A DNA stretch of 64,000 nt. Source: Candidatus Hermodarchaeota archaeon. GTDB taxonomy: Archaea; Asgardarchaeota; Lokiarchaeia; Sigyniarchaeales; SOKP01. The DNA is taken from contig JBHLLP010000008.1 in NCBI GenBank assembly GCA_048885525.1, positions 1 to 64,000 of the forward strand. The letters run 5' to 3'. This document shows, in pieces, positions 30,938 through 40,254 of this stretch. The notes under the pieces were generated by a model. It had not been told where the DNA came from. It ran no database searches and saw only the letters and a list, made by a program, of their open reading frames with translations. Position 1 is the stretch's first letter, and every line of letters begins with the position of its first letter. A program made the position numbers and the translations under genes.

Positions 30938-31109
30938 TAAAGACCTATTATGATAATTTTCTTTTCTTGTATTTTAAGAATGATTTTCTATTCTTACTAA
31001 TCTATTAATATTTTTACTTTAAAGTTTGCAGATTTCTTACTTAGAATGATAATTTATAGAATTTTATAATAACTAAAACTTAAAGATAACTAGTTAATTA
31101 TAAAAAATA

Positions 31110-31646
31110 ATGGTGAAGAAAGAAGAAATTTTACCCGATCGTGAATTTGCCTCAGATTTATTAAGGAGATTGAAAATTCCACTTTCAGTTAGACGCCATT
31201 CAGAAAAAGTTGCTGATAAAGCCATAGAAATTGCAAATAAAATAAATAAAGTTAAATTAGATATAAATTTGATTGAAATCGGGGCTTTATTACATGATAT
31301 AGGGCGAACAAAAACTCATGGCTTTAAACATGCTTTGATAGGGGGTAAAATCTTAAGACAGAGAGGTTTCTCAGAAAAACTTGCTAGAATCTGTGAGACT
31401 CATATTTTAGGTGGATTAGATAAAGAAGATGCAAAAAAAGTGGGATTACCTGAAAAAGACTATCTACCAATAACTTTAGAAGAAAAAATAATATGTTTAG
31501 CAGATAAACATATGGCTGGTGCGAGAGAAGTTTCAATCCAAGCCAGATTTAATAGATGGTTTCAAAAATATGGTAGAAGTAAAGTCTTATTAAAATCAAA
31601 AAAGAGGATCGAAACTATTCAAAAAGAAATTGAAGAATTAATGTAA
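31110..31646 (+). CDS. HD-domain (HDIG) phosphohydrolase, TIGR00295-like
   Basis: RRHS, LLHDIGR, HALIG, ETHILGG, EEKIICLADK. Confidence 0.85.
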   Translation: MVKKEEILPDREFASDLLRRLKIPLSVRRHSEKVADKAIEIANKINKVKLDINLIEIGALLHDIGRTKTHGFKHALIGGKILRQRGFSEKLARICETHILGGLDKEDAKKVGLPEKDYLPITLEEKIICLADKHMAGAREVSIQARFNRWFQKYGRSKVLLKSKKRIETIQKEIEELM

Positions 31647-31679
31647 CTAATTATTTTAATAATTTTTTTTTTTGATAGA

Positions 31680-32969
31680 TTAATTAGTATCACTGATTAA
31701 TTCTTTATTTTTACATAAAACCTCATAATCAGCATCTAATGAAAGGATTACGTTACGTATTATTAAACATGCATTAAATAAAATGTGAGGGTCTACTTTA
31801 TCTGGTGTATCTACTTTATTATGAGTGTATTTCCCTCCACCTCTAGTAACAATATCAACAGAATCAAATCCCCTTAAATGAAATGGAACAGAATCAGTAT
31901 GTGCTCCAGTTGACAAATGAAATCCTCTGATTTTCACATTTTCTTGAATTGCTGCGGTATCTAGGTATTTACTAAGCAAAGGTGCAATTTTTTTTCGAGG
32001 GAGAACACCATATGATTTTAAATATTCAATTTGATTCTTAGGGGCACAAGCACAAGAAATCATATCTAAATTAATATGAAAAACACTACCTTTATGAAAT
32101 TCACCTTCATGATTATTTACAAAAATCCTAGAGCCCATGGTTCCTAGTTCTTCAGCGGAGAATTGACAAAACCAAATATTAAAGTTATCAAGTAGGTAGT
32201 CTTTAAAATATTCACTTAGTTCAAACACTACTGCCATCCCGGAAGCATTATCTAAAGCTCCTGGTGACTTATTATGCGTATTTAAAAACATCAAAAACAA
32301 ATTTGAAATTGATATGAGTATGGTAAAGATCCAAATACCACTCCCTATGATTAGAAGATTTACTTCAATTACGGTAAAAACGTGAAAAAATAAAATTGTA
32401 AAAAAGCCACTAAGAAAAATTCCACTATATAACCAGACTCTATAAAAAAAAACTCTCCAATAAGTTTTAAAAGATTGAGATTTGGAATCTAAATGAGCAG
32501 AAATAATTATATTACCCGCAATATTGGATAGTAAATTTTTTGCTGGTAATTTTACAAAGACATTAGTTGCTGAAATTGTTTTCCCATAATATTCTCCCCA
32601 AAAACCCGGATGTTCAGGATGTTTTAAACCTTTAATAATTAAAAAAAATATTAATGCCATAATTACACATATAATAATTGTATAAAATATGTTTATATAC
32701 GTAAACATCAAGATAAATAGCGAAAAGGTTAAGTTAATAACCATTATTAATTTTATAAGTGTAGTAGAGTAGAAATCAGAAAACTCAAAAGAATTTTTTT
32801 GAATTTGCTTCTCTTTAAATCCAATATTTTTAAAAGTCTTTATTGTTAATTCAACAGCTTTTTTTTCTCCACTTGTTCCAGCAAGACGAGGAAAGCTGAA
32901 ATTTTTAACATAATCAAATAAACGATCAACATTAAACAAAGTTTCTCTAATAGAATTCCCAGATTTCAA
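31680..32969 (-). CDS. Membrane-embedded M28-family peptidase (paralog of 19574-20731)
   Basis: FSFPRLAGT, SAHLDSK, GALDNASG, SAEELG, NLDM, THNKVD. Confidence 0.82.
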   Translation of the reverse strand: MKSGNSIRETLFNVDRLFDYVKNFSFPRLAGTSGEKKAVELTIKTFKNIGFKEKQIQKNSFEFSDFYSTTLIKLIMVINLTFSLFILMFTYINIFYTIIICVIMALIFFLIIKGLKHPEHPGFWGEYYGKTISATNVFVKLPAKNLLSNIAGNIIISAHLDSKSQSFKTYWRVFFYRVWLYSGIFLSGFFTILFFHVFTVIEVNLLIIGSGIWIFTILISISNLFLMFLNTHNKSPGALDNASGMAVVFELSEYFKDYLLDNFNIWFCQFSAEELGTMGSRIFVNNHEGEFHKGSVFHINLDMISCACAPKNQIEYLKSYGVLPRKKIAPLLSKYLDTAAIQENVKIRGFHLSTGAHTDSVPFHLRGFDSVDIVTRGGGKYTHNKVDTPDKVDPHILFNACLIIRNVILSLDADYEVLCKNKELISDTN

Positions 32970-33061
32970 CTTTTATCAAAAATAATTACATATTATGATT
33001 AAATATTGTAAATTTTCATTATTATATTGAAAATAGTTGTTTCTTGATTTTTTTTTATGAC

Positions 33062-33667
33062 TTAACTCATATCTTTTAGCCTATTCATAATAATTTTTTG
33101 AATCCTTTCTTGAACAAATTCTATTATATCATCAGAACTGATAATGGAGTACCCATTTTGTTTAGCACGTCTGGTATAAAGATCTCTTGCTTTATCTAAA
33201 AAAGAAATATCCTCAAATTTTTCCCAATCTTGAATTTCTTTTCTTTCTAATGCCGTTTTTGGATCAATATCTAAAATAATTGTTATATCAGGGAGGTCTA
33301 CAAATTTATTTATTTCTATAATCCATTCAACAGAAATCTGATCTGATTGTATCGATTGATATACGATTGAAGATTCTAAATAGCGATCAGATATAACTAT
33401 ATATCCCTCTTCGAGCTTTTTCTTAATTTCATTATGAAAATGTAAGTTTCTGTCAGTAGCAAATAGTAATGCATCAGTGGCTGGTGGTACATTTTCATCT
33501 TTTAAATATTTCCTTATTAATTTACCAATATCACTTTCAGATGGTTCCTTCGTCAAATAAACTTTAAATCCTTTACTTTCTAAAAATCCTTTAAGAAGGT
33601 GACTATGAGTGCTTGTACCTGATCCATCTATCCCCTCCAATGCGATAAATAAAGATGTTTGCTTCAA
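33062..33667 (-). CDS. tmk: Thymidylate kinase
   Basis: LEGIDGSG, TKEP, LLFATDR, ISDRY. Confidence 0.92.
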   Translation of the reverse strand: MKQTSLFIALEGIDGSGTSTHSHLLKGFLESKGFKVYLTKEPSESDIGKLIRKYLKDENVPPATDALLFATDRNLHFHNEIKKKLEEGYIVISDRYLESSIVYQSIQSDQISVEWIIEINKFVDLPDITIILDIDPKTALERKEIQDWEKFEDISFLDKARDLYTRRAKQNGYSIISSDDIIEFVQERIQKIIMNRLKDMS

Positions 33668-33868
33668 ATTAGTTCGAAAAATTAATTATATTTTAGCTAA
33701 ATTTCAACTAAGATTTAGTAAATTATAATCAATAAAGACTCATTTTTTTTATTTTTAATTAACTCAATTTATTAAGAATTTAACAAATTGAGACACTATA
33801 AAATATTGAAATAAACTCTTATAAAATCCCACCACAAAAATTAAAATGAATAAATTGTCTTATTAAAA

Positions 33869-34258
33869 ATGAAAGAAATGGGTAATAAAAAGAGATTTGC
33901 ATATTGTAAGAATTGTGAAAAGGAAATTTTCAAGCCAAAAAGAAAATCCATAGAGAATATGTACATTAATATCTGGATTCTTGCTATTATTTCTTCATTG
34001 GGTTTTGCACTAGCACCATTTCTTATTTATCGATATGGGATTTTGAAAAGAGATATCTGTCCATATTGCCATAATCACCTAAGCTTCTACAGTACTCGTG
34101 AAGAAATTCCAGAACCTAAAACCCAAATTGTGCGAATACTTCAAAAAATTGAAGATGAAAAAAAAGAAAAAGAACAAGTCTATTGTCCGTATTGCAAACA
34201 AGAAATAATGAAAGATACAGAAATTTGCCCTAGTTGCGGTGCTCAACTAATAGAATAA
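33869..34258 (+). CDS. LITAF-like zinc-ribbon membrane protein with a C-terminal double-CxxC ribbon
   Basis: CKNC - hydrophobic stretch - CPYC, then CPYC...CPSC. Confidence 0.7.
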   Translation: MKEMGNKKRFAYCKNCEKEIFKPKRKSIENMYINIWILAIISSLGFALAPFLIYRYGILKRDICPYCHNHLSFYSTREEIPEPKTQIVRILQKIEDEKKEKEQVYCPYCKQEIMKDTEICPSCGAQLIE

Positions 34259-34334
34259 AAATTTATATTAATAAAACTATTCATTATCTTAAAGTCTAAA
34301 GCAATTATAAAAAAATAATTTAAAATCACTGAAA

Positions 34335-34712
34335 ATGACAACTAAAAATCCTACGGGATATTGCAGCCGTTGTAACCAAAATGTCCTCTTAAAACGTGAG
34401 GATATTGATACGTGTCTTGCTATAATACTACTGATCTTTACTGCTGGAATTGGTTTATTAATATATTTAGCTTGGTATTATTCACGCCCAGAAGAACATT
34501 GCATTCATTGCGGGGCAAAGATAACTCCTTTTCAAACGCAAAGCCCATATTCATCTCAACCTCAAACCCAACCACCTTCTTATTCAACACCCTTAAATGT
34601 ATCTGAAGAAGTAACAGGAGCTAGAGCTAATTTTTGCGCTTTATGTGGAGAAAAACTAGATCTAGGCATAAGATTTTGTCCGAACTGCGGGAGTCAAATT
34701 ACAGAAAATTAA
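34335..34712 (+). CDS. LITAF-like zinc-ribbon membrane protein with a C-terminal double-CxxC ribbon
   Basis: CSRC - hydrophobic stretch - HCIHC, Pro/Gln/Ser linker containing PPSY, then CALC...CPNC. Confidence 0.72.
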   Translation: MTTKNPTGYCSRCNQNVLLKREDIDTCLAIILLIFTAGIGLLIYLAWYYSRPEEHCIHCGAKITPFQTQSPYSSQPQTQPPSYSTPLNVSEEVTGARANFCALCGEKLDLGIRFCPNCGSQITEN

Positions 34713-34844
34713 ATATTTAAGTTTTTTTCTTAATAACTTTATTTTTACATTTCACTTTTAAAAATTGGACTCCAATTTTTTTTAATTCGATTAAGATCTC
34801 CTAGAAATTAAAAAAAAAAACATTTAATTTGGAGTGATAGAAAA

Positions 34845-35213
34845 GTGTATTGTCCGAAATGTAATACAAATGTATATACAAAAAAAAATGATTTTAATAT
34901 AGGTTTGGCGATTTTTTTAGCTATATTCACTGGAGGTATCGGTCTCTTAATTTATGTTGCGATCTATTTAGACAAGGAACATAAACCTCGATGTATACAC
35001 TGTAATAGTGTCTGTTATGAACAAAAAGAAATTAATCACCCAGTTTCAAGTTACCAAGTTATAACTACATCTCATCAGTTAGGTAATCAAAAAGTTATTT
35101 TAGAATCACAGAAAGTTGAGGACAAAGCAACTTTTTGTTATAATTGTGGATCTGAACTAGATCAGAGTGAAAATGCTAAATTCTGTGCACTTTGCGGAAG
35201 TTTAATCAATTAA
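34845..35213 (+). CDS. LITAF-like zinc-ribbon membrane protein with a C-terminal double-CxxC ribbon
   Basis: CPKC - IFTGGIGLLIY - CIHC, then CYNC...CALC; clear paralog of 34335-34712. Confidence 0.72.
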   Translation: MYCPKCNTNVYTKKNDFNIGLAIFLAIFTGGIGLLIYVAIYLDKEHKPRCIHCNSVCYEQKEINHPVSSYQVITTSHQLGNQKVILESQKVEDKATFCYNCGSELDQSENAKFCALCGSLIN

Positions 35214-35224
35214 AGTTCATTTTT

Positions 35225-36133
35225 TTATTCCTTTTTTTCTTTTAAAATTTTCATGAATTCATAAAAATATTTATATGAGTTTTTAAAATGGTTATCTTCC
35301 TTCGAATATTCCAAGCCTTCAGTAAAAAGTTTTGTAAAGCCATTTAAGTCTTTATTTTTAATTACAGCCTTATATTCTTTGACTAAATCTTCGAATATAT
35401 CTAAAACTTTAAGAAATTCCTTATTTTCTATTTGAATTTCTCCGAACATTTCCATTTCTCTCTGAATAATACTTTCAGAAAAAACTTTTTGCAATAAAAA
35501 AGTTGTACCGGTATATAATGTCAATTCATTTAATGGTTCATTCATTCTTTTTAAAAGATTTAAAAATAAGATATTGAACATATGTGGTACTCCTAAGGTT
35601 AAAGCAATCCGAGAATCATGGATATCAGGTGTAGTTTCAGTAAGAATAAGTCCATCAGATCTAAATATTTCTAACAGTTCATTAACTTTTTCATCGTATT
35701 GTTCTGTTCCGCCAATTCTTAAAATGATCATTACATAGTTTTTCATCGTTTTTATTCCTGGTCCAAACATCGGATGAAGGGATAAACAGTTTATAGGATA
35801 GATCTTATGAATTTCGTTTAATATTTTATGAATATCTTTTTTTAAGGACGTAATATCAAAAAGTAATGAGTTTTCTTTCATCATAGGTGCGATTTTTTTA
35901 ATCATCTCTGGGGTAGATTTAATAGGGACTGAGATCATCACTACATCTGCATTTTCAACACTTTTTTTAAGATCTAGTTTATATTCAACCCCTAAAGTTT
36001 CAGCAACAGTCTTCAATTTATTTTCATTTTGAGCAAATAGTGTAATTTTAAATCCATGTTGATTAAAATATCTAGCAAATACTTTACCCATTCCCCCTGA
36101 ACCACCAATAATAGTTAAATTTTTATCCAACAT
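35225..36133 (-). CDS. tyrA: Prephenate dehydrogenase
   Basis: IIGGSGGMG, ISVPI, DITSLK, SLHPMFGP, HD. Start taken at MLDKNL. Confidence 0.88.
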   Translation of the reverse strand: MLDKNLTIIGGSGGMGKVFARYFNQHGFKITLFAQNENKLKTVAETLGVEYKLDLKKSVENADVVMISVPIKSTPEMIKKIAPMMKENSLLFDITSLKKDIHKILNEIHKIYPINCLSLHPMFGPGIKTMKNYVMIILRIGGTEQYDEKVNELLEIFRSDGLILTETTPDIHDSRIALTLGVPHMFNILFLNLLKRMNEPLNELTLYTGTTFLLQKVFSESIIQREMEMFGEIQIENKEFLKVLDIFEDLVKEYKAVIKNKDLNGFTKLFTEGLEYSKEDNHFKNSYKYFYEFMKILKEKKE

Positions 36134-36137
36134 TATT

Positions 36138-37001
36138 TCACCCCAGAAATTCAATAACTTTAGTTCTCATCAAATTAATATTTGGTTTTCTATTAGTCCA
36201 CCACTCAAATGCTATAGCACCCTGATTAACTAGCATATTTAAACCCTCTAATATTTGACATCCTTTTTCAGTCGCATCTTTTATTAATTTAGTATTTAGA
36301 GGATTATAAACTACATCAAAAACAAATAAGCCTTCATGTAAAAAATCAGCAGGTATTGGAGATTGATCAATATTTGGATACATTCCTAGAGGTGTAGTAT
36401 TGATCAGGATGTCAGCTTTTTTAGATTCTTGCTTCAAAATGCTAATACTATTACTTTTTCCTTCAATTTTATTATTAAAATATTTATTAATTTCATTCGC
36501 AAGTTTCACAGCCTTTTTTTCAGTTCTATTTGCGATCACTATCTTATTTGCATCTTCAGCCATAATATAAACTAAAGCTCTCGCTGTTCCCCCGGCTCCT
36601 AATAGTAAAATGTTTTTTCCTTGAATTGTGTATCCTGCATTTAATAATGCATTCATAGCACCCTCTGCATCTGTATTTCTACCAATAAAATATCCTTCAT
36701 CATTTTTTATAGTGTTTACAGCACCAATTTTAAGTGCTAAAGGATCAATTTCATCTAAATATTTCATGATCTCTTGTTTAAATGGAAGTGTTACATTAAT
36801 TCCAATGATATTGAATGCTCTGAAACCCTTCATAGCAAATTTCAAATTAGAAGGAAAAATATTGAATGCTAAATAAACATAATCAAGGTTAAATTGCCTT
36901 AATGCTGCATTATGCATTATCGGGCTCATTGAATGCTCAATTGGATGTCCAATAACACATAATATTTTTGTATTAGCTGTTATAGGATTTTTCTCTGTCA
37001 T
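36138..37001 (-). CDS. aroE: Shikimate dehydrogenase
   Basis: GHPIEHSMSPIMHN, NVTLPFK, GAVNT, NTD, GAGG, DVVYNP. Start taken at MTEKN. Confidence 0.95.
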   Translation of the reverse strand: MTEKNPITANTKILCVIGHPIEHSMSPIMHNAALRQFNLDYVYLAFNIFPSNLKFAMKGFRAFNIIGINVTLPFKQEIMKYLDEIDPLALKIGAVNTIKNDEGYFIGRNTDAEGAMNALLNAGYTIQGKNILLLGAGGTARALVYIMAEDANKIVIANRTEKKAVKLANEINKYFNNKIEGKSNSISILKQESKKADILINTTPLGMYPNIDQSPIPADFLHEGLFVFDVVYNPLNTKLIKDATEKGCQILEGLNMLVNQGAIAFEWWTNRKPNINLMRTKVIEFLG

Positions 37002-37107
37002 CTTTAAACATTTTATTATAGAATTAAAAATTAATAATATGTTTAACATTTTAATTATTTTATAATTATATTACTGAAAAAATAAAGATATGATTAATAA
37101 TTGAATC

Positions 37108-37671
37108 ATGAAAAAAATATCTCTTAGTCCAAAAATCTCTACTTTTCCAATGCCTGCTGCAGTCATTTCTGTAGGAATAGGGGAAGACGCGAATTTAATA
37201 ACTTTGGCCTATGTTGGAAAAGTATGCTTTAATCCCCCCATTATTGCTGTTTCTATCCAACCTAAGCGGCATTCTTATCAATTAATTGAAAAACATGGTG
37301 AGTTTGTAATTAATTATCCTACTATACACCAATTAAGAGAAACTGATTATTGTGGTACGCGTTCAGGACGAGAAGTTAATAAATGGAAAGAATTAAATTT
37401 AACCAAAGAACAAGCATCTATAGTAAAAGTTCCAATGATAAAGGAGTTTCCATGGAACATGGAATGTAAGGTATTAAAAAGAATCGAATTTGGATCACAT
37501 GTCAGTTATTTTGGGAGGGTGGTTGCTACTCATTCTGATCCTAAGTATGTTAAAAATGATGCACTAAATCCAGAAGAATTCAACTTCCCAGCATATATAG
37601 CGGGTAATTATCTTGAACTAAAAAAAGGTGCTATAGGAAAACATGGATTTTCAGAGGAATCGTGCCTTTAA
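37108..37671 (+). CDS. Flavin reductase-like FMN-binding protein
   Basis: PMPAAVIS, GEFVINYP, CGTRSGR, MECKV, GSH. Confidence 0.88.
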   Translation: MKKISLSPKISTFPMPAAVISVGIGEDANLITLAYVGKVCFNPPIIAVSIQPKRHSYQLIEKHGEFVINYPTIHQLRETDYCGTRSGREVNKWKELNLTKEQASIVKVPMIKEFPWNMECKVLKRIEFGSHVSYFGRVVATHSDPKYVKNDALNPEEFNFPAYIAGNYLELKKGAIGKHGFSEESCL

Positions 37672-37717
37672 AGATACAAAAATAAACCAAAAAGTAAACT
37701 AATGAAAGTAATAAAAT

Positions 37718-38248
37718 ATGTCTAAAGATTCAATTGCTCTTATTGGTTTTATGGCTACCGGAAAATCAACTGTAGGTAGAGCGTTAGCTCAATATCTTGG
37801 TGATGATTATAAATTTCTTGAAATTGATCAACTAATAGTTCAAAAAACTGGTAAATCAATTCCACAAATTTTTGAAGAAGAGGGAGAAAGTAAATTTAGA
37901 GAATATGAAAGTTCAGTTTGTAAAGAAGTCTCTGAATTAAACAAAGTCGTAATTTCATGTGGGGGTGGAGTTGTTTTAAATAAGCTCAATATTGAAAATT
38001 TGAAGAAAAATTGTTATATTGTCCTATTAAAAGCTAATTTCGAAGAAATTTACAATAGAATATTAGAAAATGGAAAAGAAGCAAGACCAATTGTTAACAA
38101 GGAAGATACTGAAAGAGAAATAGTAAAAATTCTAAATTTTAGAAAGCCCTATTATGAAACAGCAGCAGAGATTGTTATTGACACCTCTGAAAAAAGAATT
38201 CAAAATATTGTTAGAGAGATTGTTATAAAAACCCAATTAAAAAGCTAA
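37718..38248 (+). CDS. aroK: Shikimate kinase (bacterial/NMP-kinase type)
   Basis: LIGFMATGKSTVG, FREYE, SCGGG, RP, RKPYY. Confidence 0.92.
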   Translation: MSKDSIALIGFMATGKSTVGRALAQYLGDDYKFLEIDQLIVQKTGKSIPQIFEEEGESKFREYESSVCKEVSELNKVVISCGGGVVLNKLNIENLKKNCYIVLLKANFEEIYNRILENGKEARPIVNKEDTEREIVKILNFRKPYYETAAEIVIDTSEKRIQNIVREIVIKTQLKS

Positions 38249-38307
38249 ATTTAAATTCATTCACTCTACTAAATATTTAAAGTATTTAATATCAGAGTTA
38301 AGGTAAT

Positions 38308-38507
38308 ATGACAGAATTTAAAAGAGTTAAATGTCCCCAATGTGGCAATGAGAATCCACGTATGCTTCATGAGGAACCAGATAAGAGTAATGTGCTTTTC
38401 TATAGTATAAGTATTGCTATTTCAGCATGCTGCTGAAGCAGGGTACTCCGGTTTATTCAAAAAGCATAAAGTGTGGAGGATGCGGAAATCTCTTCAAAAA
38501 GGACTAA
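38308..38507 (+). CDS. Small CxxC...CxxC zinc-finger protein (56 aa) in two segments, 38308-38408 and 38438-38507, split by a 29-nt insert
   Basis: AAGGT SD-like element before ATG 38308. The joined product is MTEFKRVKCPQCGNENPRMLHEEPDKSNVLFYSMQGTPVYSKSIKCGGCGNLFKKD; the unspliced frame stops at TGA 38434. Confidence 0.7.
38409..38437 (+). other. Candidate bulge-helix-bulge intron (29 nt) in a protein-coding gene
   Basis: Central helix UAGU/GCUG, 3-nt bulges AU^A and AA^G, intron stem AGUAU(U)GCU/AGCAUGCU. Cutting after the second nucleotide of each bulge restores the frame. Confidence 0.6.
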
Positions 38508-38601
38508 ATTGTTAAAGCATAATCAAATTTATTATTTTTCTTATTTTTTTATTCTAATTTACAATTCCAATGAAGAAGATTTTCAATGTTATCTTAAATG
38601 A

Positions 38602-39150
38602 TTAAAGACCAAAAGCAGTTTTTATGCTATTTAAATTAAAAATTGTGGTGTCAAACATTGTATACTTTATATTTTCTAATTTCAAATTTGGTTCAATCAT
38701 TTCTAAGAATTTTCCTTTGAGATTTCTCTCATCTGGAATATAATCAGGATCGTTTTTATGAAAAAGGAATACAAATTTAGCGTCAGGGCTGTATTTTTTA
38801 ATCAAGTTAAAAACACCTCTAAAGTACATCACCGAAGGAACAAGACGGTAGTAATCCTGAATATCTACCACATAATAAAAGAACGAAATTGTTTGAAAAT
38901 ATCTTTCAGCATTCAATAAGTAATCATTACGATATGATTCTTGTCCTCCAAAATCCCAGATCTTAGTTTCTTTCTTAAAAAATAAGACAGTACTTCTTTC
39001 TATACCTTTTGTTGGATTCATACTGGGAGGTTTATTAGGTGCTTCACTAATTTTTCCTGTAAGAACATCCAGTATGGTGGTTTTTCCAGCATTTTCCATA
39101 CCCATGATTACAAGCTTTATTGGTAGTTCTTCATCTTCTGGATTATTCAT
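38602..39150 (-). CDS. Ras-superfamily small GTPase (Rag/Gtr- or Arf-like)
   Basis: G1 GMENAGKTT, G2 PTKG, G3 WDFGGQ, G4 HKND, G5-like TTIF. Confidence 0.88.
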   Translation of the reverse strand: MNNPEDEELPIKLVIMGMENAGKTTILDVLTGKISEAPNKPPSMNPTKGIERSTVLFFKKETKIWDFGGQESYRNDYLLNAERYFQTISFFYYVVDIQDYYRLVPSVMYFRGVFNLIKKYSPDAKFVFLFHKNDPDYIPDERNLKGKFLEMIEPNLKLENIKYTMFDTTIFNLNSIKTAFGL

Positions 39151-39248
39151 GATTATTTCATCTTTTTAATTAACTTCATTTATTTTTAAAAAATATTATT
39201 GAAATGAATGAATTTAATAATATATTTAAATGATTGATAAAAAAGTAA

Positions 39249-40142
39249 TTAGCTTGATAATGTTGACGATTTTGAAAGAATATCTGAAAATTTATTCCAA
39301 AACTTTTCTATATCCCATTTCTTCCGCTTTTTATAGAGAGTTGATAATTCTATAAAGATTTGTTTAAATTTCAAAGATTGGAAATATGTGATGGATGATG
39401 CGAGAATTGAAAACATATAATCCTTCCTTCCACCTCTATAATCTTCATGGGGATAAGAATCAAAAAATATATATGCCATAATATTATAGTTTTTTAAAGG
39501 TATTAACAACCCTTCTCCACTTAAAATGGCATCATGACCATACATAGCTTTAACTCCATCGTAGAGTTGATCACTAATACTATTGAGCGAAGATTCTAAT
39601 ATAGTATCTTTAGGGAAATGATTTACCTTTTTTGGACCTATCACATCATCCCAATGTACTTCGATTAATACGATTAGATCTCCAGCTTTTTTAGGAACTA
39701 ATTGTTCTGTGATTTCATATGAAGAAAAAATCTCATTGATTTTTTCATTAATTAAATTAATTGTTTTATTACGTTTAATTTTACCAAAAACAATTGCTAA
39801 GAAATCTTCTTCATTAATTGGTTTTGTAAGATAATCATCTACTCCAAGCATCTTTCCAAATCGAACATCTTCAGGAGAATCAAGAGCAGATAAAAAGATG
39901 AATGGTACTTGACAATAAATCGGGTTATTAGAGACCGCCTCAAAAAAATCATAACCGTTCATTTCTGGCATCATAATATCACTAATAATAAGATCAGGGG
40001 AATCTTTCAACTCTGAAAGAACTTTTCGCCCCTCTTTTCCGTTTTCGGCCGTAATAACTTGGCAATCATTAAATTCTAACATCATTTTAAGATATTTCAA
40101 GATATTAGGGTCATCCTCAACCAAGATTATTAAAGGTTTCAT
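39249..40142 (-). CDS. Response regulator: receiver domain fused to a longin/uDENN-like C-terminal domain (start re-called at ATG 40142)
   Basis: LVEDD, ISDIMMPEMNG, FLSA, YLTKP; C-terminal LIEVHWDDVIGPKKVNHFP. GAGGG lies upstream of 40142, and this start removes the overlap with the kinase gene. Confidence 0.85.
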   Translation of the reverse strand: MKPLIILVEDDPNILKYLKMMLEFNDCQVITAENGKEGRKVLSELKDSPDLIISDIMMPEMNGYDFFEAVSNNPIYCQVPFIFLSALDSPEDVRFGKMLGVDDYLTKPINEEDFLAIVFGKIKRNKTINLINEKINEIFSSYEITEQLVPKKAGDLIVLIEVHWDDVIGPKKVNHFPKDTILESSLNSISDQLYDGVKAMYGHDAILSGEGLLIPLKNYNIMAYIFFDSYPHEDYRGGRKDYMFSILASSITYFQSLKFKQIFIELSTLYKKRKKWDIEKFWNKFSDILSKSSTLSS

Positions 40143-40254
40143 TTTTTTTCCCTCTTGAATAATATTGAAATTTAAATCTTTATTAAATTTAAATGTAACA
40201 TTAACTTTGTAACAAGAGGATGTAGCTATGCCCTGTACAGGTGAAGAAATTGTG

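Noticed and set aside
38428-38436. TGC-TGC-TGA as a selenocysteine codon in the zinc-finger gene
   Set aside because: Readthrough continues SRVLRFIQKA-stop and never reaches the CGGC knuckle, which is in another frame.
38421-38437. Only the 17-nt palindrome TTCAGCATGCTGCTGAA as the inserted element
   Set aside because: It also restores the frame (YSISIAMQG) but its ends do not fit BHB cut positions. A second BHB-like register built on this hairpin would remove 22 nt and leave a frameshift. Disfavoured rather than excluded; ortholog alignment would decide.
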